A stretch of DNA of 59,806 nucleotides, filler included, from Dirinaria sp. TL-2023a (Eukaryota): NCBI GenBank assembly GCA_051941275.1. It is 2 parts of 2 records of this genome, joined end to end, with 100 filler letters (N's around TTAATTAATTAA, not from the genome) between each part and the next. Parts side by side here need not be neighbours in the genome. Positions count along the whole stretch, not along the records: positions 1 to 29,855 come from JAVEBF010000109.1; positions 29,956 to 59,806 come from JAVEBF010000110.1. One strand, given 5' to 3'. Made by a program: the position numbers and the translations under genes. Each line of letters starts with the position of its first letter. Position 1 is the first letter of the stretch. Under the pieces are notes generated by a model that had not been told where the DNA came from, ran no database searches, and was given only the letters and a program-made list of their open reading frames with translations. Shown one piece after another: positions 27,730-39,300 of this stretch.

Positions 27730-29594
27730 ATGGCTACAGCATCCAGACATGTATACATCGATGAAGATGTCGGTAAAGATGACTTCTCCGCAGCCGGTAC
27801 CGAGCAGTCTCCCTACAAAACCCTCCTCTACGCCCACATTCAGCACCCTCCAGCGCAAACCGATGGACCCCAGTACTTTACACGTAAATCGCAAACAGCA
27901 CCCATACCAGAGGGTGGAGACGAGAGTTCAAGGCTAGAGTACAAGGCTGCAACGAAGAGCGCACTGAAAAAAGCCGCCAATCTCTATGATTCACACAAAA
28001 AGAAGGCCGCGAAAGGGGACGAGCTGGCCTTGAGAGAAAAGGCAGAAGCAGAGAAGCGCCAAATAGCACTGGAACATGCGAAAAAAATCAAGCTTTCTCA
28101 AGATCCTTCATTACCTAAAGCACTCAAAATCCGACTCAACGAGAAAGACCCCAACGTCATCAAGCTTCGCAGCGGCGATAGCAAAAAGGATGTCGACTAC
28201 TCCGAAGGCCGCGGGACACGAGTACGGGTCACAGGCCGAGTGCATCGCCTGCGCTCCCAAAAGGACGTCATATTCCTTACGCTGCAGGACGGCTACGGCT
28301 TCCTACAATGCGTCCTGACGGGTGACCTGGTCAAGACATACGATGCCCTGACAATGACACTCGAAACCGCTCTTGAAGTCTGGGGCGAGATGTGGGAAGT
28401 CCCGCCCAAGCAGCACGCCCCAGACGACCGGGAGCTGCACGCAGATTACTACGAGATCATCGGGCGCGCCGCGGGCGACAAGGAAGCCATCACCACCATC
28501 GTCGCGCCGGACGCCGATCAGCAGACTTTGCTCGACAGTCGCCATCTCGTGCTACGCGGGGAGAACTCCTCCTCGGTCATGAAAGTGCGCGCGGCGGTCC
28601 TACGCGCCTTCAGACAGACGTACGAAGAGATAACACCGTCATGTCTGGAGGTGACGCCTCCATGCATGGTGCAAACCCAGGTCGAAGGCGGCGCCACGCT
28701 CTTCGAATTCAACTACTACGGCGAAAAAGCCTACCTCACCCAATCCTCCCAGCTCTACCTCGAAACGTGCCTGCCGTCGCTCGGAAACGTATTCTGCGTC
28801 GCCCCCAGCTTCCGCGCGGAGAAATCGCTGACGCGGAGACACCTGAGCGAATACACGCACATCGAAGCCGAGCTCGACTTCATCACCTTCGACGACCTAC
28901 TCGACCACCTCGAGCTGGTCATGTGCTCCGTCGTCGACATCGCGCTCTCGAACGCGCAAACCGCAAAGCAGATCCAGTCCCTCAACCCAGGCTTCCAAAG
29001 ACCCGAACGGCCCTTCAAACGCATGCGCTACGCCGACGCCATCGGTTGGCTGCGCGAGCACGAGATCCTGAACGAAGAAGGCCAGCCGCACACCTTCGGC
29101 GACGACATCGCCGAGGCCGCGGAGCGCAAAATGACCGACATCATCAACCGCCCCATCTTCCTCACGCATTTCCCCACCGAGATCAAGGCGTTCTACATGA
29201 AGAAAGATCCGCAGGATGCAAGGGTCACCGAGAGCGTCGACTGCCTCATGCCCGGGGTCGGGGAGATCGTAGGCGGCAGCATGCGTATGGACGATTATGA
29301 AGAATTGATGGCCGCGTACGGGCGAGTCGGCATCGATCCCAAACCGTACTACTGGTATACGGATCAGAGGAAGTAAGTTTTCTATACCTCCCCTCTCACA
29401 TCCCCACAAACAGTACAAACTATATCTCAATCCATGTCTCACACACACTCACTCCCTCTCAATATAGGTACGGCACATCCCCGCACGGCGGCTACGGCCT
29501 CGGTCTCGAGCGCTTCCTGGCCTGGATGTGCGGCCGCCACACGGTCCGGGAATGCTGCCTATACCCCCGGTTCGCGATGAGATGCACGCCTTGA
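27730..29594 (+). CDS. DED81: Cytosolic asparaginyl-tRNA synthetase; exons 27730-29372, 29468-29594
   Basis: OB-fold RVRVTGRVHRLRSQ, QTQVEGGATLF, YLTQSSQLYLE, FRAEKSLTRRHLSEYTHIEAE, GEIVGGSMR, and spliced YGTSPHGGYGLGLERFLAW. Confidence 0.97.
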
Positions 29595-29855
29595 ATTTTT
29601 TTTTTTTTTATTTGTTCATCACGCTCGAATCTCGAAGATGGGTTCGAAGAATAGATCATCATCACTTCCCTCACAACAGCAGCGAAGCAGAAGTAAAGCG
29701 AATACTTTAATTTAGATCCTCTTTACAATTAGAAAATCCAAATCAATAGACGAGCATGTGCTGCTCTTTTTTGCCCCCCCCTTTTCTTTTGCCCACAAAA
29801 CCCTTCCCTCTGTAATTCTCACATGTACATGTAGATGTAAATCCCACTCCGTCCC

Positions 29856-29955
29856 NNNNNNNNNNNNNNNNNNNNNNNNNNNNNNNNNNNNNNNNNNNNT
29901 TAATTAATTAANNNNNNNNNNNNNNNNNNNNNNNNNNNNNNNNNNNNNNNNNNNN
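29856..29955. other. Artificial assembly/concatenation spacer: 44 N + TTAATTAATTAA + 44 N
   Basis: Exactly 100 nt and symmetric; the central 12-mer places stop codons in all six frames. Confidence 0.95.
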
Positions 29956-30186
29956 GGTGTGGTTAGAGGAAGGTTTGTGACTTTGTGGGATTGATTGGGG
30001 AAGGACGGATATAATGCGGAGTTTAGCGAGGTTGGTTGGACATTAGTTTTGGACCTTGCAGGTTTCATAGGGAGTGAAGACTCAGATTGTTATATAGAAG
30101 GTAGCTCTCGTCTGTGGCTTGCGGATGATATTTTTTTTTGCTAAAGAATCCTCCATTACAATTTTTACCGCAATTGAGCTCTTCTA

Positions 30187-32113
30187 TCATCTCCCGAAAC
30201 CAAACCATCCTTTCTTCGCTTCCTTCTTTGGCGGAGGCGCGCCCGCTCCTGCATCCACTGCTCCATTGATAGTTTGTTCGGTTCCCTTCTTCGATCGGCC
30301 TGGGTAATCGATGTAGTTCCAAGCGACGTCGAGGAAAAGCGGTTTCACAGGGATGGGCTGCAGCTTTGGTGGATACGTGACGAGTTTGGTGAGATCGACG
30401 CCGTTGGCCGGATACTCGTCGAGCCTCTCAACCATAGGCGGCGCATACTTTGCCTTGCTTTCGGCTTCCTTGACGGCTGCCTCGTTCAGATTGTGCAGCT
30501 CTACCAGTGCGCGATGCTGAGCGACCAGGCCACTCAGCAGGTTGTGAAGGTAATCTGTTTGATCGGTCTTGACTTCGATATTTGGTGGCTTGTGCAATCC
30601 TCCTTCGTCTGGTGATGCAGATGACTTGCGAGGGCATTGCTCCAATGCGCGGGCAAAAAGCGCAAGCGCGTTTTTGGTATTGGACAACAGAGCATGTGAG
30701 CGAGCGATGGCCAGGCATCGTAAAGCCGAGAAATATGCTCGCTTTGTGTCGATTTCTTGGATCAGCGCTTGGTCTGCTGCGACTCCCGGAAGGTCCTTGA
30801 CTGAGTCTAAGCTTTGCAGAGTAGCGTCGTAGAGAACGACTCGCTCTCTTAGCCTGGAAAGTTTGCGTCCGTTGCTCTCCTCCTTGATCTTTCTTGGTTT
30901 CCCATCTTTTCTGGGTTTGGATAGCCTCCTTGTCTTCTCCTGCACCAGTGTTGCACCGTCATGCTCCCCGCAAAGTACTCGATTCCTACCGATCCGCCAG
31001 CCAATTAAGGCATAATTCACCGCCGTCCTTGTGATCTGTAATGCCTGCATACGGGGATCACTTTGTGGCACACCTTCTGAAGCAAGCTCATCAATTGCTG
31101 TCTTAGTGGCATCTACCGCATCCTGGCTCGGTATAAGGACTCCATCGTAAGCAGAAGCTTTGGCTTTTGCTTCTACGTGCCTATGCGAATTCAAGAACGA
31201 CGATAATTTGACTTCAGCTTCTGAGACAGCAGCAAGCGCTTGCGCAGTCGCTGCATCTTCAAGCTTTACCTCTCTCGACCTCCACCGTAATGTCTTCGGT
31301 ACATTGTCAGACGCTCCGCTTGTGCCTTGTTTCTGCCCTGAGCCACCACGGCTCAAAGCGTCAGGGTTAGCTTGTAGGATCTGTTGGACATAACTGCTAT
31401 CGGTTCGGTGTACGTAGCGCTCTACTATAGTATCGATGGTCGTTGTTCGCGGTAGCTTTAGCTGATAAGCGGCATACCGTATGGATGGATCGATGTTCGT
31501 AGAGAGGAGATCTCGGAAGGTATCATCTCGTTTGGCGTTCCCAGATTTGGCCAGTGAAGAATAGATCAGCCTCGCTTCCGAGTATACATGCAGACACGCC
31601 TCCCAATTCCGCTTCTCAAACTCGACCGCTCCCTGTAAAGAGACAAGGTAGGCGCGTGCCTCAAGTACGTTATCGGTAGTGGCTCCAGATTCCCGATTCC
31701 TCAGCAGCTCAAGCAGCTGCTCAACGTATACGGCAGCTTTGCGCAAGCGAGAGTTGATGTGTCGCCTTGTTGAACCTGTTATTGCTTTGCCTCCAGACTC
31801 TGCAGAGTGGGTGGATTTCATATGCATTGCTTGTGCCCAGGCCCGTTCAGCGGTGAGGAGTAATAAGTGAAGGAATCTATGCTAATTCAGCAAGACACAT
31901 GTATGATGATTGATTGACTGACTCATGATTGCTCTTAATGTCTTCCACTGAGATTGGAGCCTTTGAGGCGTACTTGTGGCCTTTGACCGATGTGTAGTTG
32001 AGCTTTCGGCGGACTGTGAGTAAGCGTCTGGACAGTTGTGTGCGGTATGATCCATAATCTCCAACCAGCAAAGCCTTGTCCCTTTGTGCTACAACAAATT
32101 GTGTGACTTCCAT
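30187..32113 (-). CDS. SRP68: Signal recognition particle subunit Srp68; exons 32113-31923, 31876-30187
   Basis: GDYGSYRTQLSRRL..VRRKL, LLLTAERAWAQAMHMK, IDPSIRYAAYQL, YPPKLQPIPVKPLFLDVAWNYIDYP, KKGWFGFGR. Confidence 0.95.
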
Positions 32114-32595
32114 CGTAGATGTGCTTGCTTATGCATTGAATGCCAGAAGGTATGTCTGCGCCAAAGTTCAATATCCAATCCTGAGGTGAGGGGTTCCCGC
32201 CTGGGGTTCGAGGTACCTTACTAGCTCACCTGGTATGATAAGAGGAAGGTTCCCTCGGTAAAATATTGTGCCAAGAATCGCGAAACATCTCTGGCGACCC
32301 AAACTATTTCAGGAAAGGTTGGACAGTGGATCGCATCAGGTAAGAAGACGTAATGATAAGAAAACTCGTTCACTATTTAGCTTGTTCTATTATCAATGTA
32401 GCTGTGCAAAGTTCACGCTTATTCCGCGTATTGGTCATGTTGAAGGAGTGTTTTAACTATAGCAGCAACACAGCCGATTCGCGCAATGTCCCACTGATCG
32501 TGGTACAGATAAGTTCTATAACCAAAAAAACGAGTATCTACAACTGTACCACGAATTGAGGCAAACGGCATATCTCTAGGCTCATATACTATGGG

Positions 32596-33084
32596 CAGGT
32601 CGTTTGCAATGCTTGTCGACAGACGAAATCGGCAATTCGTCCCACATACCAATTTCTGCGTAGCCTAGCGTTATAAATGCTTCAATTCATGAAACATAAG
32701 CTGTTAGTGCTTTTGCGGCAGTGGGGTGGCAAGGCGCCCTGCTTTCGATGCATTGAGGCCCGCTCAGAGTACATTTTTGGGCCGAAGGCCGAGTTCGATC
32801 GAATGAAAGCACAACGTCTTGATGAGGATCTCAGAAGAGAAAATTGCGTACTGATCAAGATCATAGACCCGCTGAGGCCAATGCCGCAAGCTTCTATTGA
32901 CCTGATTTACTCTGAATGTGTACATCGGAGTCCGGTCCCGAGAGAACTCTTCTTATGTCGCTACCATCACCTCCAAATTTTGTCAGCCGCGGCAAGGCTT
33001 TCTGAACCAAAGCTGTTGTTGCCTGATGTAGGCGTCCTTGTCCTCAAATTTTATTTCTCGGATCTTCAGCCACGTACTGCTTAA
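32596..33084 (+). pseudogene. Degenerate Zn(II)2Cys6 transcription-factor N-terminal fragment
   Basis: VCNACRQTKSA (~32602-32634), a degenerate donor (ATTCGT), acceptor at 32721, then WGGKAPCFRCIEARSEYIF and a coiled-coil (RLDEDLRREN). Two of the six Cys positions read W and Y. Confidence 0.6.
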
Positions 33085-33168
33085 ATGGCGTTTAATACAT
33101 CTTCCCAGTCTGTTCTCGCTGTACCGATCCTCTCTTCTAGCGCAAAGGCTGATTGATCTCCCTTAAAA

Positions 33169-35282
33169 ATGCGTCTATTGAATGTACTATATCTCGGTCT
33201 CGGCACTTTGATCCTCACATCATCAGCAGGTAGCGCTCCTTCGACAAATGACCCTCTCAACGGACTTGACAGCACAAAAGACCTGGCGTCTCGACAGCTG
33301 TCCGACCCATTCACTACTACGAATTTCTTACGTCGGGGATTCCAAACCTGTAGGTCACCCATCCAGATGTGATCATTAACACTATGATTTCCTTACCCTA
33401 GTTCAAAATACCTTAAGCTAAACAAAATTCTCATAGCTGTCATTGTCAAAGACTGGGTCTATCTTGACGGTGGCGATTTTGCCTACCTAGAAAATGGTGT
33501 CCCGAACTATTATCATTGTGGGCTGACATGTGATACAAGTCAGTGAGCTGCGCCTTATGCTAACTGGACCTTATAGCTACATCCTTGTCAGCCATCAGCC
33601 TCGCTAGAAATTGGACTAATGCGACTATTTCGATAAAATCTAGCCCCAAACCATATGGAGTTCCAACCCTGAACAATCCCTCACTCTGGTATCATGAAGA
33701 AGAAGATTCACTATATACCGGTTTTGCTGGGTGGAATTCGTCTTTTAGTGATCTCAGCGGAAATCCATCTTTATTGCCTCCATTGTCACTGTGGTCTTTA
33801 CGACTCGATGGAAATGGGTCCGGCGATTGGAATGAAGTACTCAGCCCTTATTCGAGTGTCTGGCAATCATTGAAACGCCCAGGCACCCCGCTCAAAGCAC
33901 AAAGTCCCGAGACTGCATTCATTCTTGGAGGGACTGATGAGGTGCAGAAGTCGGAGCTTCCATTTGGGGGCATGGTACAATTCAATCTGCATTCTCACAC
34001 ATTCCTGAATAAGAGTGCAGCATGCTGCGATGCTACCGACGGTATACACAGAGGTGTGATGCATTTTATCCCATCGTTCGGTCCTAGCGGCCTCCTTATC
34101 GCAATGGGAGGGCAAAACGGTATTGGCGCTCGAGGTGATCTCAAAACATTGATCGACTTCAGCGTAGTCTCTGTCTTTGATCCCACGAAACAGGCGTGGT
34201 GGAACCAAACAACTACAGGAACTCCCCCAGCATCTAGGATCGAATTCTGCACTGCTGGGATTGATTCGACTAACAAGACGTACGAGATGTATGCCTAACC
34301 TTGCTGTCTTTTCCTTCCGCCAGCCGGGCTGATGCTTGTACTAGATTTGTGTATGCAGGCTGGAACACTGAATCAGGCTCTGCAGCTATCCCCCTCGATA
34401 CCATTCACGTCCTCACATTGCCCGCGTTTCACTGGATTCAGGTCCCGTACGAACCGCGGTTTCCCCGACATGCCCATTCTTGTATCTCCGTTGGAGGCAG
34501 TCAGATTCTAATTATTGGAGGTTTGGATACGAATACAGCAGGTACTCTTCAGGCGACGTTTAGTACTCCCGACCCTTTTGCGCAGGGACTTGCGATCTTC
34601 GACATGACAGCGCTTCGTTTTGCAGATCAATTCACTGCTACAGCCCCTCCCTATGTGCAATCTAACCGAGTGAAGCAATTTTACTCTCAATCATCGCGGT
34701 AAGATCTACTTTAATATTAGGGTTCGAAAAGCTGATAATTGCTCAGGACATACGTCAAGAATTTAGACCCCAACGTCGCATCGTTGATGAGAATAACCCA
34801 CTTTCCCAACAGCAGTATGTGTTCTCTTATATAATATGACATAGATTATCCACAAGACTCATTGATAATCAGCCGCTTCAAGCCCAACGTCCAAGCAATC
34901 ACCAGCCTCCAATGAATCCACAGAACCCACTTATACATCTACTTCTACAGCTCATGCCCAACAGAAGCAGCACTTAGGCGCCATCCTAGGCGCGGCTATC
35001 GGCGGAAGTGCCACACTGGCGTTGATCGCAACAGGACTCATTTATTACCGCCGAGGGCATAGAAAGTCCAAGAGCAGCAGCGCAGGACACTCTCCGCAGC
35101 AGCAAACCGATAGCGTGCACGAGCTGCACATGGACTCTCGACCGCTCGAAGCTGATGGGCGCAGCCTTTATATGACTCATGAGGAGCCACACAGAACAGA
35201 ACTGCACAGCAACCCGCTGCGCCAAGAACTCCAAGTTCCTCATGTGGAGTTATGGGCTCGATATGATGACTATGGAAGATGA
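33169..35282 (+). CDS. Kelch-like beta-propeller cell-surface protein with signal peptide and C-terminal TM helix; exons 33169-33349, 33437-33517, 33577-34288, 34345-34698, 34747-34814, 34873-35282
   Basis: Signal peptide MRLLNVLYLGLGTLILTSSAG; VYLDGG, WWNQTTTGTPP, IFVYAGW, IHVLTLPAFHWI, HSCISVGGSQILIIGG; S/T stalk, then GAILGAAIGG...IYYRR; five in-phase introns. Confidence 0.88.
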
Positions 35283-37228
35283 CCGGAAAATGATCGCCTC
35301 GGAACCCCGACCTTCTGGAGGGAAGACCCCAAGTTTCCTTAGGCGGAATGCATTTTCCGGCGCAGAATTTCTTCTTCGCCTTAGAAGAATCTGAGTACTG
35401 AGGCAAGGAAATAAGTAGAAGGGACTGATAGGTTCAAGAAGACTGAACGTGACACAGCCAGATCTAATTTGTCCATCCAGCTGGAAGGAGAGCCTAGAAA
35501 TGCTGCTAGCGCAATCAGTGCCATTAGCAATAGCATTGGAGGAACTACTGCGGACGAACACATTGTTAATCCCTTTTTCCTCCCCCAAAACCATTCGAGT
35601 CGACAGATCTTTTGAAGCGCACAGTCTCTAAGCAAGAAGCTCTCCTTATATGATATTTCAATTAGATTCAGTAACTCTGACTCTCGGTTCTGGGATTTCA
35701 TATCTCTGTTGACTGATTGAGGTATCTACTTTGCAGTGGAGTAAAATTTAAAAAAAGAAAAGGGGGTTGTCAAATTAGAGAATTGATATCTTGTGGCTTT
35801 GATCTCGATCAACTTTTTTTTTCTTTCTTCGATAAGTTATGTTTTTCCTTTTTTGAAATTTTTTGAAGTGAACGTCTTGTAATCGGAGAATACTATGGAA
35901 TCCTAACAAATCCAAGGTGGGTCGTAGTAGAAGAAGGTTTGGCAGAGATTGATAGTGATTGTGTAGCTTGGTTAAGATAGTCAATATGCATAAGGGTTAG
36001 AAAGGCGAGGTGCGTCTGGATTAAAGTTTTAGCTACGCTGGACAGAATGCTCGAAGAGCTGGATATCTGGAGTGTCTAGAGTGTAGGGATGAAAAGCAGT
36101 ATATAAATAAATCTCGAACTCAAAGTCCTTCTGACTTCGCACTCAAAAACCCACTGCTCTCCTATGTCCCAGGACCCCGAATTTAGGTTCGATAGGTTTA
36201 CTCAGGTTCATGAGTTGACAGACGTGTTACCAAATGGCCAACTAAACCAAATCAGTGACTTGGTTTCCTAGCTTACTACTTGATGTTCCAGGGTCGTAAC
36301 ACTATGAAGCTATCTTCGTAACACATTTGCCTTATCCGTATCATTGTCCATATAATCCTCCCCACCAAGCCGAAGGAGCCATTAAAATTTCTCACAGCAA
36401 TCATCAAATATCAGGAAAAACAGCACACACTATCTCTTCGATAAATACCCAAAGCAATACCATGTAAATTAATTCCTCTCTTGAGAACTCTGAGTACGAA
36501 GTACTACTCAACGCACGGAGCAGATGTCATATTATGAATTCGCAAGGTCGTCGTTGCATTATCTACATATCTGTTATCTCTGAGTATCATTCCTTCATCG
36601 CGAAGTTCGCACTAAAGCAAGAGGTGGGTTTACAATAGACAATGCAGAACACTATGTTTTTAGTGGACGAAATTCAATAGAATAGATGAGTGAGTCCAAC
36701 AGGATTCAATTGCTGAATTCCACACCAGATTGTGCTGATTCAATGGCTGAATTGGTGTTCTCTCGACAACAAATGCAGGCTATCTATCAACCAGAGGGAC
36801 GAAGAGAGACCGCGCAAGGCTAGAGGTGCTCCTGACAGAGTGAGCTGGGCAATCTTATTGAAAGATTTATGTATGGACCATTCAGAGCGAGTCAAGAAGT
36901 TTTCCACCGAGCCGCATCGCGTATGCATAATGTCAGACACTTAGTTGATATCTTCTTGAACATTGAAACCGTGCCACCAATTAATCTGCATGCTGCAGCC
37001 GAGGCGGCAAACGCCCGATTTCTTAGGGTGATAACAAGTCATTGGTAAACTTTGTTTGGCCGAAGGTTCAGGTGACTGAAGTTTTTGAATTCCTGCAAGC
37101 ACCCTGTCTGATGACTACCCAATCGCCGTTGACCACATCGTCGACGGCTCGCAAGCTGAAGAGACGTGTAATCCAAGTGGAGGTCAGGGAGCACAGTCAG
37201 CTGAAGTTAAGAATTATGTCTCGATCAG

Positions 37229-38389
37229 ATGATGAACATACTTGGTGCCGTTGCTAGTGTTACTCAGCTTGCTGCCTGCAGTCAGTTAGTCTCCAAGCGA
37301 CTCAGGCAGCTCCATAGAGCCGCACATGAAGGCCCATCATTCTGTAGAGCCTAGCTCTTGAACGTCCGCTTTCTGCTTGAGTCCATTCAACGCATTTTTG
37401 CTAATGAAAGTCCCAATGGGGACTCAATCCTTCCTTTGTTAATCACCACTGTAAGTGTTGCCATACTGCTTCTGAAGTTGCTGAAGCTCAATGGTAGTTT
37501 CTACAATTATCTGATCTGGGCGAGCAAAGATCAAGAGATCGAGAACGCCCTCCGTGCTCTGAACGACAAAACATGTCTGCTTCAGTTATATATCTCAGAG
37601 AGAAACTACAATCTCATTAGAAACATGCAGCGAGACAACAAGACCATGAATCAAATCGTCAAAGCCCGTCCATCTCTAGATGCTCACTCTGTATGCATCA
37701 ATCCACAGCTTCAAGAGTATGGCTTTTGTTGGGAATTAGCCTTACCATAGGGCTGAGTCGGTGATTACCCTGGTTTGGTGTTTGCATGCTAGATAGTTTT
37801 CTTTGATTTCTTTCATTGTCTTTGCCTCTATGGCAAACAGGTAGGCAATCAGGTAAGCAAACACCTAATGCCTATACAGGTACCTGGTTATGCCTCCAGA
37901 TAGACTTCCAACAGTCAGTGCTATTAAATGCTATTTCAATAGCTTTCCACTGACGTCCTGATCTTTTTCCACCACATTGAGCTTCTCACCATGGGGAAAA
38001 AGAAACGCGCTGCCCGCAGCTCCGGGTCTAAATCTAAAGGCACAAATCCCACCGCCGATAGTACAGGTAGCAACACGGAACAAGGGCTAGTGAAAATTGT
38101 TTCGAACGGGAATGAGTCAAACAACAAGAGTCAACTAGCTGTAGCCAATGGCTGGCTCAGCCGGCAAGATCCAGTGGATATCAATGCGAGCGATAACAAA
38201 GCGGATGATAGTCAAATCTTTGTGGCGAATGCGAAAGAATGTCCCACGCAAAATCATCAAGAAGCGGGTGTTGAAGATCAAAAGCCTTCAACAACATCGA
38301 TAGAGCGTTGCGAACAATTAGCGCCGGATTTACTTGGTCGTATCATCTGTACAAAAGAAATGCCTGACAAATCGTGTTCACGCTGCTGA
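37229..38389 (+). pseudogene. HeLo-like/SesA-type N-terminal domain gene with an in-frame stop, probably spliced to an exon with a two-repeat amyloid-like motif
   Basis: MMNILGAVASVTQLAACSQLVSKRLRQLH...RA*LLNVRFLLESIQRI...LIWASKDQEIENALRALNDKTCLLQLYIS (TAG at 37352). Phase-0 donor GTATGC at 37691; phase-0 AG at 37980-37981 (GAG context, CTGAC branch ~37950) in frame with ORF 37991-38389. Confidence 0.6.
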
Positions 38390-38479
38390 AGCCTGATCAC
38401 GATCGGAAGAGTGTTGATGATTGTTTCAAGAGAATTCAGCGATGTTTCGATGTTGAGGGCGTCTAGCTCAAGCTGTGTC

Positions 38480-39300
38480 GATGCGGATGCTGAAAGAATG
38501 ATCTTCGCACTACACTTTGAAATTCATGTTACATGTAAGGAAAGGTGTGATAGACAGTCAGTTTAGGGACTGGATGATAGATCCTTCCACATCATCTGCT
38601 TGTGCTTTTCGCTACTAAATCCCTTCTGTATACCTCATATCGTATTCTGATTCCTCTCTCATCTGAGCTTGTAACTTGTGCCACTCAAGAAGCGTCTTGT
38701 CTTGCCGCTTTGAAAACAAAGTAACATGTTTGGACATGATACTCCGTGCTCGCTCTCTTCGCTGAGAGAGAGAGACATTACGCACCGCGGCGGTTCGATG
38801 CATATCACAACATCACAAGAGGTAAAATCTATGCCTTCCTTGCAAGCGCTCGTCGCAAGGACAAGATTCTGATTTCCATTTTCAAACTCACTTAAGGTCT
38901 TTTTCTGTTTAGCTGACGTTGATGAGGTCACTGATGTTTTGAAGCATAAAAATGGTACTTTGATGTGCTAACGACTGTTCCAGGCCGTAGCTCGGACGTT
39001 GGAGTCTGAAATCCCTACTGAACTGCCCTAAAGCAATGCACCTCGAGCAGACGTCGCAGACTTGATACCTATCGAGAAGAACGACTCCATCACTTGCTTC
39101 CGGTCGCATGGCGAAAAGCGAGAAATCAGGTCGCTGCGTTAGGAGATTTTTGGTCAAGCGATGTCTGACGGACGACATGTAAGCTAGCAAAGCTGGCAAC
39201 TCCAAGCCCTCTCTGAGACAATTACTAGGACGCGCCAACATCTTACCAGATAGTGAGAGGCAATGATTTGCTGATGGGGGAAAAAGTTGCACCTGACTCG
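38480..39300 (-). pseudogene. Dicer-like 2 helicase-C-terminal relic (boundaries approximate)
   Basis: TLSEFENGNQNLVLATSACKEGIDFTSCDVVICIEPP, frameshift ~38785, then SLSQRRERARSIMSKHVTLF...LLEWHKLQAQMRE; parallels fungal DCL2 NLLIATSVLEEGID..CNLVICF...SFIQRRGRAR. Confidence 0.75.

Noticed and set aside
28392..29448. 302-aa Arg-rich alternate-frame ORF and 183-aa antisense ORF over DED81
   Set aside because: Codon-bias artefacts of the tRNA synthetase CDS.
35300..37200. AT-rich segment considered as a RIP-degraded transposon or the NLR partner of the HeLo-like gene
   Set aside because: No TIR/LTR, P-loop or single amyloid repeat could be identified by eye.
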